The notes under the pieces: model-generated
The model's database searches: none
The model's input: only the letters and a program-made list of their open reading frames with translations
Told to the model about the DNA's origin: nothing
Shown here: positions 13,058 through 24,596 of the stretch, piece by piece
Numbering within the stretch: the stretch's first letter is position 1
Layout: each line of letters begins with the position of its first letter
Program-made: the position numbers and the translations under genes
Assembly (NCBI GenBank): GCA_951406725.2
Contig: OX597838.1
Coordinates: 20,336,001-20,400,000 of the forward strand
Source: Octopus vulgaris
Taxonomy: Eukaryota
DNA: 64,000 bases
Direction of reading: 5' to 3'

Positions 13058-14162
13058 TTTGTCCTCCCACCGTCACTCGACAACAGCTGTTGGTTTGTTT
13101 ATACCCCCGTAACTCAGCGATCGGTTCGGCAAAAAAAGAACACAAAAACAAAAAAGAAAAAAAAAAGAATCAATACTAAGCCCCAAAATTAAATACTAGG
13201 ACCGATTCGTTCAACAAAAACGCTTCAAGGCGGGCCCGCAGCATTGCTACACTCCAATGACTAAAACTAGTAAAATACAAGTATGAATAATAAAATGAAA
13301 ATAGTACAAAGAGCATATTTCTATTTAAATGCTGTTTATTGAGAATAGCAACTTAATACCTGCTGACATGAGCTTCAGGCAAGCGAGATGAAATTTCGCA
13401 TGCTAAAATAAACCATTTTCTCACACTTTACAAAAACGTCCGTCTTGACTCAAGAACGAGATTAACAAATCCACTTCTACATTTTCACATGATGTAAATT
13501 AATCAAGGAAGCCTCTACATTAATTAGTTGTTTTTCTTTTCTTTTGTTTCTGCTTTTTTTTTTTTTGTCAATTATCACTCCCAGCTATCTGTTTTTACGT
13601 CTCAACAAAACTGAATACATCACAAAACAAAAAAAGGAAAACATGGCTGTCGGCAGTTTGACCGCCATTAAAAGACTACTTGTACGTCTGTGACCAGGTC
13701 GCCGTTGCGAACGACAAAAAATTTTGACACATATTACAAACAATAAATATTTTAAGAGAAGTAATATATCTGTGTGTTTCTGAATGGCTAGCATGTACCT
13801 GCCACGCTGCAATCGCGAACATAAAACAATTTTATCGGCATGATCTCGAACGTCACAACAATATTCCGACCATTAATAATATTATTAGATTATTCACAAA
13901 CAGAATAAAATTTGAATACGTATTTGAAATTTAGGGCAAATTGTTTTCCAAATGTGTTTTTTGCCTCTTCTGCTACTTCGAGAAGCACTGCTCAAGCAAC
14001 GTGGTTGTTCAACCTACTAGAAATAGCAGTCAAGTCGCCTTGAGTCTAAGTCCTTGAGTAACTTACGTAGCTTTATTGCTAATGGATACGGTTTACTTCA
14101 CGTATTGAACTATATTTCTCTCGTTTGTATCATCAGAAACACACACACACACATGTATTATC

Positions 14163-14446
14163 GGATCTTTTCGGTTTGAACGGCAGTTTTTAACATAATT
14201 TCTAGGTAACTAAAAAATCTTAAACTTCATATACTGGTAGAATGTGTTTATAAAACATAATTTTCTCTTGGCTTTCTTGAGAAAATTCTGTAGTTTGTAA
14301 CATATTTCGTCTTTAATTTCTTGCATTTCGGTAATTTTAACCAATCACTGGCGTCTATTGAGTTAAAAAGCATTCTGTGCCGTATGAATATGTCCCACCT
14401 TTAAGAAACAGATTGGGTTTATTTACATTTGTGAAGAACAAAAGAA
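14163..14446. mobile_element. Left arm only of the GGATCTTT foldback MITE family
   Basis: ggatcttttcggtttgaacggcag...tactggtagaatgtg matches the reverse complement of ~54975-55257. Confidence 0.8.
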
Positions 14447-15343
14447 ACCGAAAAGATTCGTATTGTCTACTCGACACATGGCTTAAATACTGTGCAGCCA
14501 GTTTGGACAAATAACTTCCTCGTGAAACTGGGTGGGTCGAAGCAAAAGTGATGTCCGTCCCCACGACAATGAAGATAATAGTTTAAAAAATAGTGCTACC
14601 ATGTGTGGGAAAAAAAAATGAGAGAAATAATTTGGACGGAGACATACGTAACCACACGACCTTGGTATTTTCAGTTTTACTCACGAACGCCTCCCATCAC
14701 ACGATCCACGCGAAGAATAAAGTGGAGGGACAATTCCTTAGCAGTGTATACCTCGTGTGACAAGTTCAGGGCAACACCCTTTCTAGCCGAGCCGTAATAA
14801 GATTGTAATTTAATTCCAGCAGTTTCACAGCATTACTGTTTCATATGCATATGGTCTGCTACAGCAAAGCTAGAATACATAAAAGTGTGTTCATTTGTTA
14901 CGAATTGCGATTCCCACCTTATATTACATTTTTTTCGAAGCTTTTGGGCAACACCTCAAAAACAAAAAAAAATCTTGGATCCCCCACCTCCCGGAGTGCA
15001 ATATTCTCTTCTGCACTCTGACAAAACAGGCTTGGTGTATTGTTATTTTCAAAGTAGAATAGTTGGAGCGGTTGATTGTAGAATCTTTTGAGCATCGGAC
15101 AAAATACCTAGCTATATTTGTTCCGGCCCTTAGCGTTCTGCAATCAAATCATGTCAAAACAAGCTTTTGGGAGATTGTTAAAATTGTTCGAAAAACTTTT
15201 TCGAATTTTTCAAGTTTTTCAAATTTTTACCAGATTATTTTCAAAAACTATACGTCTGCTGAAATTTTGCATACTTATGACAAAAGCCGCATTCGTTTTT
15301 TTTTTTTTTTATGTGTTTGTTTTTTCTAGAAACTAATTATAAA

Positions 15344-15652
15344 GGAGTGGAGGCACATGGCCTAGTAGTTAGAGCAGCGGACTCGCGCTCGAGGGATCGC
15401 GGATTCGAATCTCAAATCGGGTGATGTGTGTGTTTATGAGCGAAACACCTAAGCTCCACGCGGCTCCGGCGAAGGTTAATGGCGAACTTCTGCTGACTCT
15501 TTCACCACAACTTTCTCTCACTCTTTCCTCCTGCATCTTGCAGCTCACCTGCGACAGACTGGCGTCTCGTCCAGGTGGGGAACCTATACGCCAAGGAAAC
15601 CGGGAAACCGGCCCTTATGAGCCAGGCATGGCTCGAGAAGGAACAAACAAAA
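15344..15652 (+). mobile_element. tRNA-derived SINE family C variant
   Basis: tRNA-like head ggaggcacatggcctagtagttagagcagcggactcgcg...gattcgaatctc. Flanked by direct repeat aattataaaggagt. Sister copy at 63557-63812. Confidence 0.8.
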
Positions 15653-15750
15653 AAAAATTATAAAGGAGTTACAAGCATTTAAAGGGAATACAGTGGCAGA
15701 CTACATTACAATTCCTGATATACAATTCAACGGAATAGTTATGTCTAGAA

Positions 15751-16354
15751 CAGGGGTCGGTGAATCGGGGTAAATTACCCCAAGTGGAGTAAAAATGAAA
15801 TTCTTGGAGGTAATGTGGACCCATTAGACATAAATAAAATGATCTAAAAAAACGTGCTCCTCGTTACAACGGAAAATTTTCTTCTGGCAACACTGCATCT
15901 GTCCAATGTAATGGACGTGTAAATAGATTCATATAAATAAATAAATATAAATACGCCCTTAGCCAGGCTCATGGGCTCGGTTTCCCGGTTTCCATGGCGT
16001 ATGAGTTCTCAAACTGGATGGGACGCTAGTCCATCGCAGCGTTACTCATTTTTGCCAGCTGAGTGAACTGGAGCAACGTGAAACGAAGTGTTTTGCTCAA
16101 GAACACAACGCGTCGCCCGGTCCAGGAATCGAAACCACGATCTAACGATCATGATGCTGACACCCTAACCACTAAGCCATGCGCCTCCACGATTCATATA
16201 AATAGATTCAATAAAGTAGATTCAATAAAATAGATTCAATAAACCTTTTGAATTCAAAGATTCTATGATTTTCTTCTTTTCAAATCAAAGGGGTAACGTC
16301 GGCATAAATAAATATATTTTAGGGTAGTTGGTTTAAACAGTTCCCCGACCCCTG
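15751..16354. mobile_element. hAT-type MITE with a nested SINE (family D, ~15945-16190)
   Basis: TIR caggggtcgg / ccgacccctg; 8-bp TSD gtctagaa / gtctcgaa. The nested SINE is flanked by the direct repeat gattcatataaata. Confidence 0.85.
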
Positions 16355-17138
16355 GTCTCGAAGGTCTATTGACTACAGTCCTGCTCGATCGCGGTTGACT
16401 TAGAGCTAAACAACGACAGCTACAGCTTATATAATGCACTAAATAATATATATTTCTTTATTGCCCACAAGGGGCTAAACATAGAGGGGACAAACAAAGA
16501 CAGACAAAAGGATAAAGTCTATTACATCGACCCCAGTGCGTAACTGGTACTTTATTTATCGACCCCGAAAGGATGAAAGGCAAAGTCGACCTCGGCGGAA
16601 TTTGAACTCAGAACGTAACGGCAGACGAAATACTGCTAAGCATTTCGCCCGGCGCGCTAACGTCCTTGCCAGCTGGCTGCCTTCATTGCGCTAAATAATA
16701 TAACGAGTCAGTTTGCCTATCTCGTGGCGCACGAATTCATCGTATTTGAGGGATTTCACATTATCAGGATAGTATTCATATCAGCGCCCAAGCTAGAAAC
16801 TTAGTTCCGGGTCTGATAAGGTACAGGCATAGATTAACCAATTAGCAAAATAAAAAAATGCTTAAACCGGATTTACTATAGTTCCTGAGGATGGTCCGGA
16901 AGAAAAGTGAACTTTTAATGTATATTTTCATATTTAGCTACTTATCAGTTTTACAATGGAAGGGTCGAGGGGAAAACCATCGTTGGGCTATATTAAGTGT
17001 ATTAATTGGCCTTAATCCAGCTCTTATCTTGTGCTATTGGGTGACTTGAACTGATTGGTTGTAGATATGTAGGTTTAACATGTAGTTTACACTCATCTCA
17101 AAATTTCATTAAAAGAACGTAAAGGATTCCCTTATTAT

Positions 17139-17555
17139 TATTACTTTATTGCCCACAGGGGGCTAAACATAGAGGGGACAAACAAGGACAGACAAACGGA
17201 TTAAGTCGATTACATTGACCCCAGTGCGTAACTGGTACTTATTTAACCGACCCCGAAAGGATGAAAGACAAAGTCGACCTCGGCGGAATTTGAACTCAGA
17301 ACGTAGCGGCAGACGAAATACCTATTTCTTTACTACCCACAAGGGGCTAAACACAGAGGGGACAAACAAAGACAGACAAACGGATTAAGTCGATTAGATC
17401 GACCCCAGTGCGTAACTGGTACTTATTTAATCGACCCCGAAAGGATGAAAGGCAAAGTCGACCTCGGCGGAATTTGAACTCAGAACGTAACGGCAGACGA
17501 AATACCGCTAAGCAGTTCGTCCGGCGTGCTAACGTTTCTGCCTGCTCGCCGCCTT
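17139..17555 (-). mobile_element. SINE family A, tandem body duplication, with TSD
   Basis: Two body units under one head; flanking direct repeat taaaggattcccttattat. Confidence 0.9.
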
Positions 17556-17626
17556 AAAGGATTCCCTTATTATCCCATATTCACAGACATTTACAAATAT
17601 AGTGCCTTTAGAAGTAGCAGCTGAGG

Positions 17627-17763
17627 CACTAGCGTAGCTAGGGATGGTCCACTCCGAGGGGATGGGGGCACTTTTGGGTTTGCTGTAGGCAATGTTTGTT
17701 GTTTGTGGGGGTCCGGGGGCAGCAAATGGAAGGGCCGCCCCACACACTCTAGCTACGCTAGTA
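17627..17763. mobile_element. Short hAT-type MITE
   Basis: TIR cactagcgtagctag / ctagctacgctagta; 8-bp TSD agctgagg. A related empty site is at ~2570-2640. Confidence 0.8.
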
Positions 17764-18594
17764 AGCTGAGGCACATTGTTCCAATGTAGTATACTCAGCA
17801 ATGAACACCACTGAGAAGTGTGATTGTTTCCATCTTATATAAAATATATGTACGGTTTTCTTGTAATATTAAATATATGTACATTTTATATATTTTATTA
17901 ATATCTATATAAATAAAAGCGAAATTCTGTCTGTCCGACTGGGACCCCTGTATCTTAGTCTACATTTGCTCTACATAGAAATATTATACCTTTTTGGAAT
18001 CCAGATGATCCCGGGATTGAAAATCTGCCCTTCATTTTGTTCTTGGACATCTATCATTAGGCTTTGATTTAAAAGCATTTGGGTTACTATTTCTAGCAGG
18101 TAAAGCGACCGTGAGAGGTTTCAATGCCATAGTATTACGGAAATAGATGAACAAGTGTTACTTTCCTTAGCTTAAAGTTTTACTAAGTAATTTTAGTGTT
18201 TCTCTCATCTTTTTCAGTCATCAGACTGCGGCCACAGAACAATCACTGAAAATTGTTGGACTTCAGGAAATGGTAACAATTTCTTCATACTCACAACAAA
18301 TGATAAAACCAAAAATATTGTTTATCCTGCTGCTTTTCAGTGATCTCCAAGTGTCACAGTGATACAAAATTCTCCAAATGCGATACTCTGCGATATAAAT
18401 CTGAAATGGTAGGATACCAATAAATGCTTTATTATTTCCCTCTTTAGTTTTGGCCCACAGGTCCAATTAGTCCTCCGCAAGAGCTCGTTGTGCGGCTTTT
18501 AAGCTAGTTGTTTCTAGATAATATACACTATTTGCAAATTATATAATGAACATCATTTGAAAATTTCATTAAAGAAACATCTATTTTTCTGGAA

Positions 18595-19000
18595 TTTAAG
18601 GATAACAATTAAGAAAAAAAAAAACGAAAGGCTAAAACGAAAGCAAAAACTCAAAATAAAAAAAAAACGAATTTTAGACACACGCGTAACAAATTAATTT
18701 AACAATTAAGAAAAAAAAAACGAAAGGCTAAAATTTAGGGTTAGGGTGAAGGTGAGGGTTAGTGACAGGATGTTGTCTCAGTTTTAGACGCAGCAAATGA
18801 TTTTAACCCAATAGAGGGCAGAGGATTGGTTAAAATTCGAAAAATTAAACTACGTTAAACTTACAAATTACAATTTTCTTAAGGAAATCCAAGAGAAAAA
18901 AATGTTTTATTTTGACACATTCTACCAGTATACGAAGTTTAAAAGTGTTTAGTTAACTAGAAATTGTGTTGAAAACTGTCGTTCAAAAGGAAAAGATCCC
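18595..19000. mobile_element. Right arm of the GGGATCTTT foldback MITE with TTAGGG-like repeats, flanked by a 66-bp direct duplication
   Basis: Ends gttcaaaaggaaaagatccc; 18529-18594 is repeated at 19001-19067. Confidence 0.85.
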
Positions 19001-19665
19001 TATTTGCAAATTATATAATGAACATCATTTGAAAATTTCATTAAAGAAACATCTATTTTTTCTGGAAGTTATGAGGCAATACTGTCCTGGACATATAAAG
19101 GAGAGTTATAGCTAGAATGTCAAAGATCATAGATCTCTGATTTGTCAAATAAAGCATTGTTGAACAGATTTTAGACAGTAACGTATGTCGAACTCCCTCC
19201 ACCTCCCTACAACCAGCCGCTCTGCTAAAACCCGAATTCACAAAACGAATACAAGTTTGTTGGTTATAAACGAGACTTATAAATAGATTTTTAAGAGATA
19301 TACTTGAATTTTACTCTTTCAAATTAAATGTTACACCATGGTGATTATTGCACGAGTTTCTTAACGTGCTTGAGTAATAAATATTTGTCGTTCTCCTGAG
19401 AGAAACACATGTTTGAGAGAGGCAGAGTGAGAGAGACAGAATGAGAGAGAGAGAGAAAAAGACAGAGACAGAACGAGAGAAAGAGAGAGGGATGAGAGAG
19501 CAAAAGATAGAAAAAAATTAAGGCAAATGTACAACGAATGAGGAAGAAAAAGAGACAGAGAGAGTGACACATCACACATATGCATAGAGAAAGAGAAAGT
19601 AGCAAACAGAGAGAGGTGGCGGGAGGAAGCTAGTGAGTGTGTGTGAGTGAGAAAGTGTGTATGTA

Positions 19666-19708
<43 letters not shown>

Positions 19709-20210
19709 CAGAGAGTGTGTGCGTGCGTGTGTAAGTAACAAAGCGAGCAACTATCTTCAAACATTTTGACTTGTCTGTTTATTTATTAAACTTATAAACA
19801 CTTCCTCTTTTGTATTATTCGCCACCTATATTGTTTTTTTTAAATTTTTTGTTTTATTTCCCCTAGTTATTTCACAATCTCACACACCACACATGCACAC
19901 ACACATGCATACACGCACATGCGCATACATGCATACACGTACCTCCCACCTCACCCCCATTCCCCCTACACATAACACACACACACACACGCGCGCGCGC
20001 TCCGCTCATACACAGCAGCGAGTTCGAAGAATCGGACCTGTAGCTTAGCATGCCGAAGCTTCAAAGCCACGTCACTCTTCGTGAGAGAAAAAAAAAAAAA
20101 ATCACTAACCATGCACTCTACAAAACGTCTTGAATAACTCTTAAGCTTAATATTTATTTGTTTTTATTATAAACTCGAGATGTAAACAAACATTAAAATA
20201 CATGTGCACC

Positions 20211-20845
20211 AAGGCGGGTGAGCTAATAGAAATGTTAGCATGCCAGGCGAAATGCTTACAGGTATTTCGTCTGCCATAACGTTCTGAGTTCAAATTCCGC
20301 CGAGGTCGACTTTGCCTTTCATCCTTTCGGGGTCGATAAAATAAGTACCAGTTACGCACTGGGGTCGATGTAATCGACTTAATCCGTTTGTCTGTCCTTG
20401 TTTGTCCCCTCTGTGTTTAGCCCCTTGTGGGTAATAAAGAAATATGTATTTCGTCAGTCTTTACGTTCTGAGTTCAAATTCCGCCGAGGTCGACTTTGCC
20501 TTTCATCCTTTCGGGGTCGATTAAATAAGTACCAGTTACGCACTGGGGTCGATATAATCGACTTAATCCGTTTGTCTGTCCTTGTTTGTCCTCTCTGTGT
20601 TTAGCCCCTTGTGGGCAATAAATAAATAAGAAACGTTAGCACGCCGGGTAAAGAAAAATGCTTAGAGAGCTTTCGTCCGTTTTACGTTCTCAGTTCAAAT
20701 TCCGTCAGGGTCGACTTTGGCTTTTATCCTTTCGGGAGTCGATAAAGTAAGTACCAGTTGATCACTGGAATCGATATAATCGACTGAACCCTTCTCCTAA
20801 ACTTGCAGACCTTTTGCCAAACTTTGAAATCAGTATTAGGTGGGA
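20211..20845 (+). mobile_element. SINE family A cluster (tandem body units)
   Basis: Three successive gagttcaaattcc...gtcgat...aagtaccag units. Confidence 0.85.
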
Positions 20846-20969
20846 TATATTTACGTGAATGTGCGCGCGCGTATGTATATACATATATAACTTGTATGTA
20901 TATACATATATAACTTGTATGTATATACATATATAACTTATATGTATATGCATATATAACTTATAAATA

Positions 20970-21600
20970 TAGGCGCAGGAGTTGCTGTGTGGTAAGTAGC
21001 TCGCTAACCAACCACATGCGTGGCACCTTGGGCAAGTGTCTTCTACTATAGCCTCGGGCCGACCAAAGCCTTGTGAGTGGATTTGGTAGACGGAAACTGA
21101 AAGAAGCCTGTCGTATATTATATGTATATATATATATGTATGTGTGTGTGTGTGTGTCCCAACATCGCTTGACATCGATGCTGGTGTGTTTACATCCCCG
21201 TAACTTAGCGGTTCGGCAAAAGATGCCGATAGAATAAGTACTAGGCTTACAAAGAATAAGTCCTGGGGTCGATTTGCTCGACTAAATGCGGTGCTCCAGC
21301 ATGGCCGCAGTCAAAATGACTGAAACGAATAAAAGAATAAAAAGAATATATATGCACACATACCTATATGTATGCGTATATATTAATATTCTTTTATTTG
21401 TTTTAGTCATTTGACAGTGGCCATGCTGGAGCACCGCCTTTAATCGAGCAAATCGACTCCAGAACTTATTCTTTGTAAGCCTAGTACTTATTCTATCAGC
21501 GTATTTTGCCGAACCGCTAGATTGCGGGGAATTAAACCCGCCAGCATCGGTTGTCAAGCGATGTTTGGGGGGGGGGGGGACAAACACAGACACACATACA
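20970..21600. mobile_element. Two family B SINEs tail-to-tail (+ 20970-21345, - ~21390-21600)
   Basis: Family B tail sequence in both orientations about 50 bp apart. Confidence 0.8.
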
Positions 21601-21796
21601 CACTCATGTATATACATACATACATTTTTGTGTATGTGTGTGCATGTACGTGTCTGTGCGTTTTGGGTCCCATCTCTGTTTGACAACGCTGTTGGTTTGC
21701 TTATATCCCCGTAATGTAGCGTGTAGATAATAGAGACCGCTAAAATAAGAGATTGATTTGCTTGACTAAAACCTTGAAGGCGGTTTTATTATATTC

Positions 21797-22145
21797 GAGT
21801 GCTACTGGTAACATGTAACCCAGTACAACCTGTTGCATGGTCGGGACGTCGGCGACTAAACCGGCAACCCCACCAAGCTTGTTTGGTGAGGAGGGTGTGG
21901 ACACCCTGCGGGATGAAAAACAAAACCCGTCAAAGGGCGGAGGAACTCTTGAGAGTCAACGGCCATTCAATAAATGTCTTAAGGCTGTATCATGCGCGGG
22001 GACATAGAAATAATCGGACTGAATACCCGATCGCGCGGTTAAACCATTGGGAGTGAAGGACTCATAGCTTTTGTTAGGGCATCCTTCTAGAAGGTAACTC
22101 AGATAACTGGGATAACTCCGACATAAAATCTGCGGCTCAGTGGTT
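21797..22145 (+). mobile_element. Probable RTE-type LINE 5' UTR fragment beginning with a decayed HDV-like ribozyme fold
   Basis: GC-rich segment with P1 atgtaac/gttgcat, GG, P4, CTAA and P2 ccagt/accgg at 21813-21864. Family assignment by resemblance only. Confidence 0.45.
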
Positions 22146-22269
22146 ACCGATAATGTTGACTTGTTCTTCTTTTCGGATTATGGCTGTTGTTGCTTAGTGA
22201 GTGGGATTGACTCAGTGCACAGCCTTTCCTCACTTTAAAAAAATATTCTTGCACAGACATTGCAAAGTT

Positions 22270-23128
22270 TTTTTGTTTGTTTTTTTTTTTTGTTCTATCT
22301 AAAATATACTCTCCTTCATTTTCTGCAATGCGCTTCCATCTATCTCGTAGACTTGCAAGGGCCCTCTTCCAAAATTCACTTGTACTGTTCTGACCTCGTC
22401 TACAGAATTCGTATTTTTCCCGTCCAAATGATTTTGAAGACTGCAGAATAAATGACAATCAGATGGGGCAATGTCCAGCGAATATGGTGGGTGGGGGCAT
22501 CGTTTCCCATTCAAACTGCTCCTGTCTTTGGAATGTCATCCTCGTTGTATGTGACCGAGCGTTATCTTGATGAAAGAGCGAACACCTTCCTTCTTGAAAC
22601 CAAACATGGTCGTTTTTCTTCTAGCGCTGACTTGAATGACTGTTTGAATGACCAAATCCAAGCTTCTCTGCTAGTTCCTCAACAGTTACGATGGGATTTT
22701 GTTCCACCAGGGTTTGCAGAAAGTCCTCGTCGAGCCCTACAGATCTTCCAGGTAGTGGCTCGACTTCTAGGCTGTAGCTTCCGGCTCGGAATTTCTGGAA
22801 CCGCCGTTGACACTGGCTCACGCTTATTCTCCGATCCCCATATACTGCATTAATATTCCTCACACTTTCCATTGCGCTGTTGCCTTTATTGAATTCATAA
22901 AGCAAAATATGCCAAATATACTCCTTTGCCACTTCCATTATAACTTTGAAAAAATAACTGTTAAAATTGAACTGAACTCATCAAAACTTGCACTAAGAAA
23001 GAGATTAAGGCAAAATTAGTACCTGCTTTTATAGCAAGTTGATGCAGGTAGTTTATCCCTCCCTCCCACCACCAACTTTTAGTTCATGCAATTGAAAAAA
23101 ACCACATTATTTACTCAATGACCCAATA
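22270..23128 (-). mobile_element. Mariner transposon, internally deleted transposase pseudogene
   Basis: MEVAKEYIWHILLYEFNKG...INAVYG...FQKFRAG HTH region, HQDNAR-like motif and HPPYSLDIAPSDCHLF (YSPDLAPSD motif). Frameshifts and loss of the first-Asp region. TIR TATTGGGTCATTGAGTAAATAATG at the right end. Confidence 0.93.
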
Positions 23129-23142
23129 TATATATATTCTGA

Positions 23143-23476
23143 GACCCCCTTCGGTCAAGACACAGACAATGGGATTGCACCTAGAAAGTTACCCTCCCAG
23201 GCACAAGTCCGGGCAAGGTTGTTTATGGAAGACCAGCAGTCGCCCATGCATACCAGCCTCTCCTCTCCACGCCACCGATGTTATCCAAGGGAAGGGCAAA
23301 GGCCGATACAGTTTGGCACCAGTGACGTCGCAACTCATTTCTACAGCTGAGTGAACTGGAGCAACGTGAAATAAAGTGTCTTGCTCAAGAACACAACACG
23401 CAGTCCGGTCCAGGATTCGAGCTCACAACCTCACGATCGTAAGCTCGACGCTCTAACCATTGAGCCATGCGCGTTC
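23143..23476 (-). mobile_element. tRNA-derived SINE family D
   Basis: Head gcgcatggctcaatggttagagcg...; core gtgttcttgagcaagacactttatttcacgttgctccagttcactcagctg is shared with copies at ~3810, 16000, 51300, 53400 and 63000. Confidence 0.8.
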
Positions 23477-23844
23477 ACATACATATATGTATATATGGAT
23501 TTTGTAGACAGAAACTGGAAGAAGCCCGTCGTATATATGTGTGTGTTTGTCCACACACCCATTACTTGACAACTGATGCAGGTGTGTTTATGTCCCCGAA
23601 ACTTAGCGGTTCGGCGAAAGCAACTGCTACAATAAGTACTACGCTTACAAAGAATAAGTCCTGGGGTCGATTTGTTCGACTAAAGTCGGTGCTCCAACAT
23701 GGCTGCAGTCAAATGACTAAAACAAATTTTTTAAATGCATATATATATGTGTGTGTGTGTGCACGCATGTGTGTATATGTGTGTGTAAGTCGTCCATAAG
23801 TCAGGGAAAAAATGTCCTATCTGTTAATAGAGTGGGTGTATATA

Positions 23845-23909
<65 letters not shown>

Positions 23910-24399
23910 GTATATATATATAGACATACACACACACATATATATATATGTATGCATGCATGTACATATATATATGTATGTATGTATATATATGTATGTA
24001 TTTATCTATCTATCTATCTGTTTATATATATATATATATATACATGCATATATAAGCATATATGCATACATGCATATATAAGAATATATGCATTAATAGG
24101 TTTGTTATGACCGGTCAGAGAGTTACCATTGGGTTCGCATCTTTAAAGTGCCTAGATATATAGGTAACTCGTCCATCAAACTCAAATGGCCGGAGGCACA
24201 GACCCTCTCCACACACACACACACACACGCACACATACATATACACACACAGACACATTGAGATAAATTTTTGTACGCACACATACTACGCGTGTGGGTA
24301 TATATATATATATATTATTATTGTTACACCTTTTCTGCAGCCCGGAACCATCAGAAGACATCATTTTAAGCAAACTTCGGAAAGACGACGACCTGAAAA

Positions 24400-24596
24400 C
24401 GAAAAAAAAAAAATGTCGGTCAATTATGGGAGACCACCATACCTTATATAGTGTTGTAGGCGGAGTTACGCATGCGCACTGGTCTTTGTTGCTGTTCAAA
24501 ACAGCTGTGTTGGGAGTTGCACCATTTTCATTCTACAATATGGTTCGAAGTGTGAAGAAGCATAAAATGCAAAGGCGCCGCGGCGATGTCTGTCAG
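24400..24596 (+). promoter_or_regulatory. Candidate promoter and first exon, probably of the carboxylesterase-like gene
   Basis: Repeat-free CpG-containing segment with NRF1-like acgcatgcgca (~24468-24478) and a strong donor CAG|GTGAGT after 24596. The coding exon has an upstream acceptor ttttctcttttgtag at 32798, so an earlier exon is expected. Confidence 0.5.
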
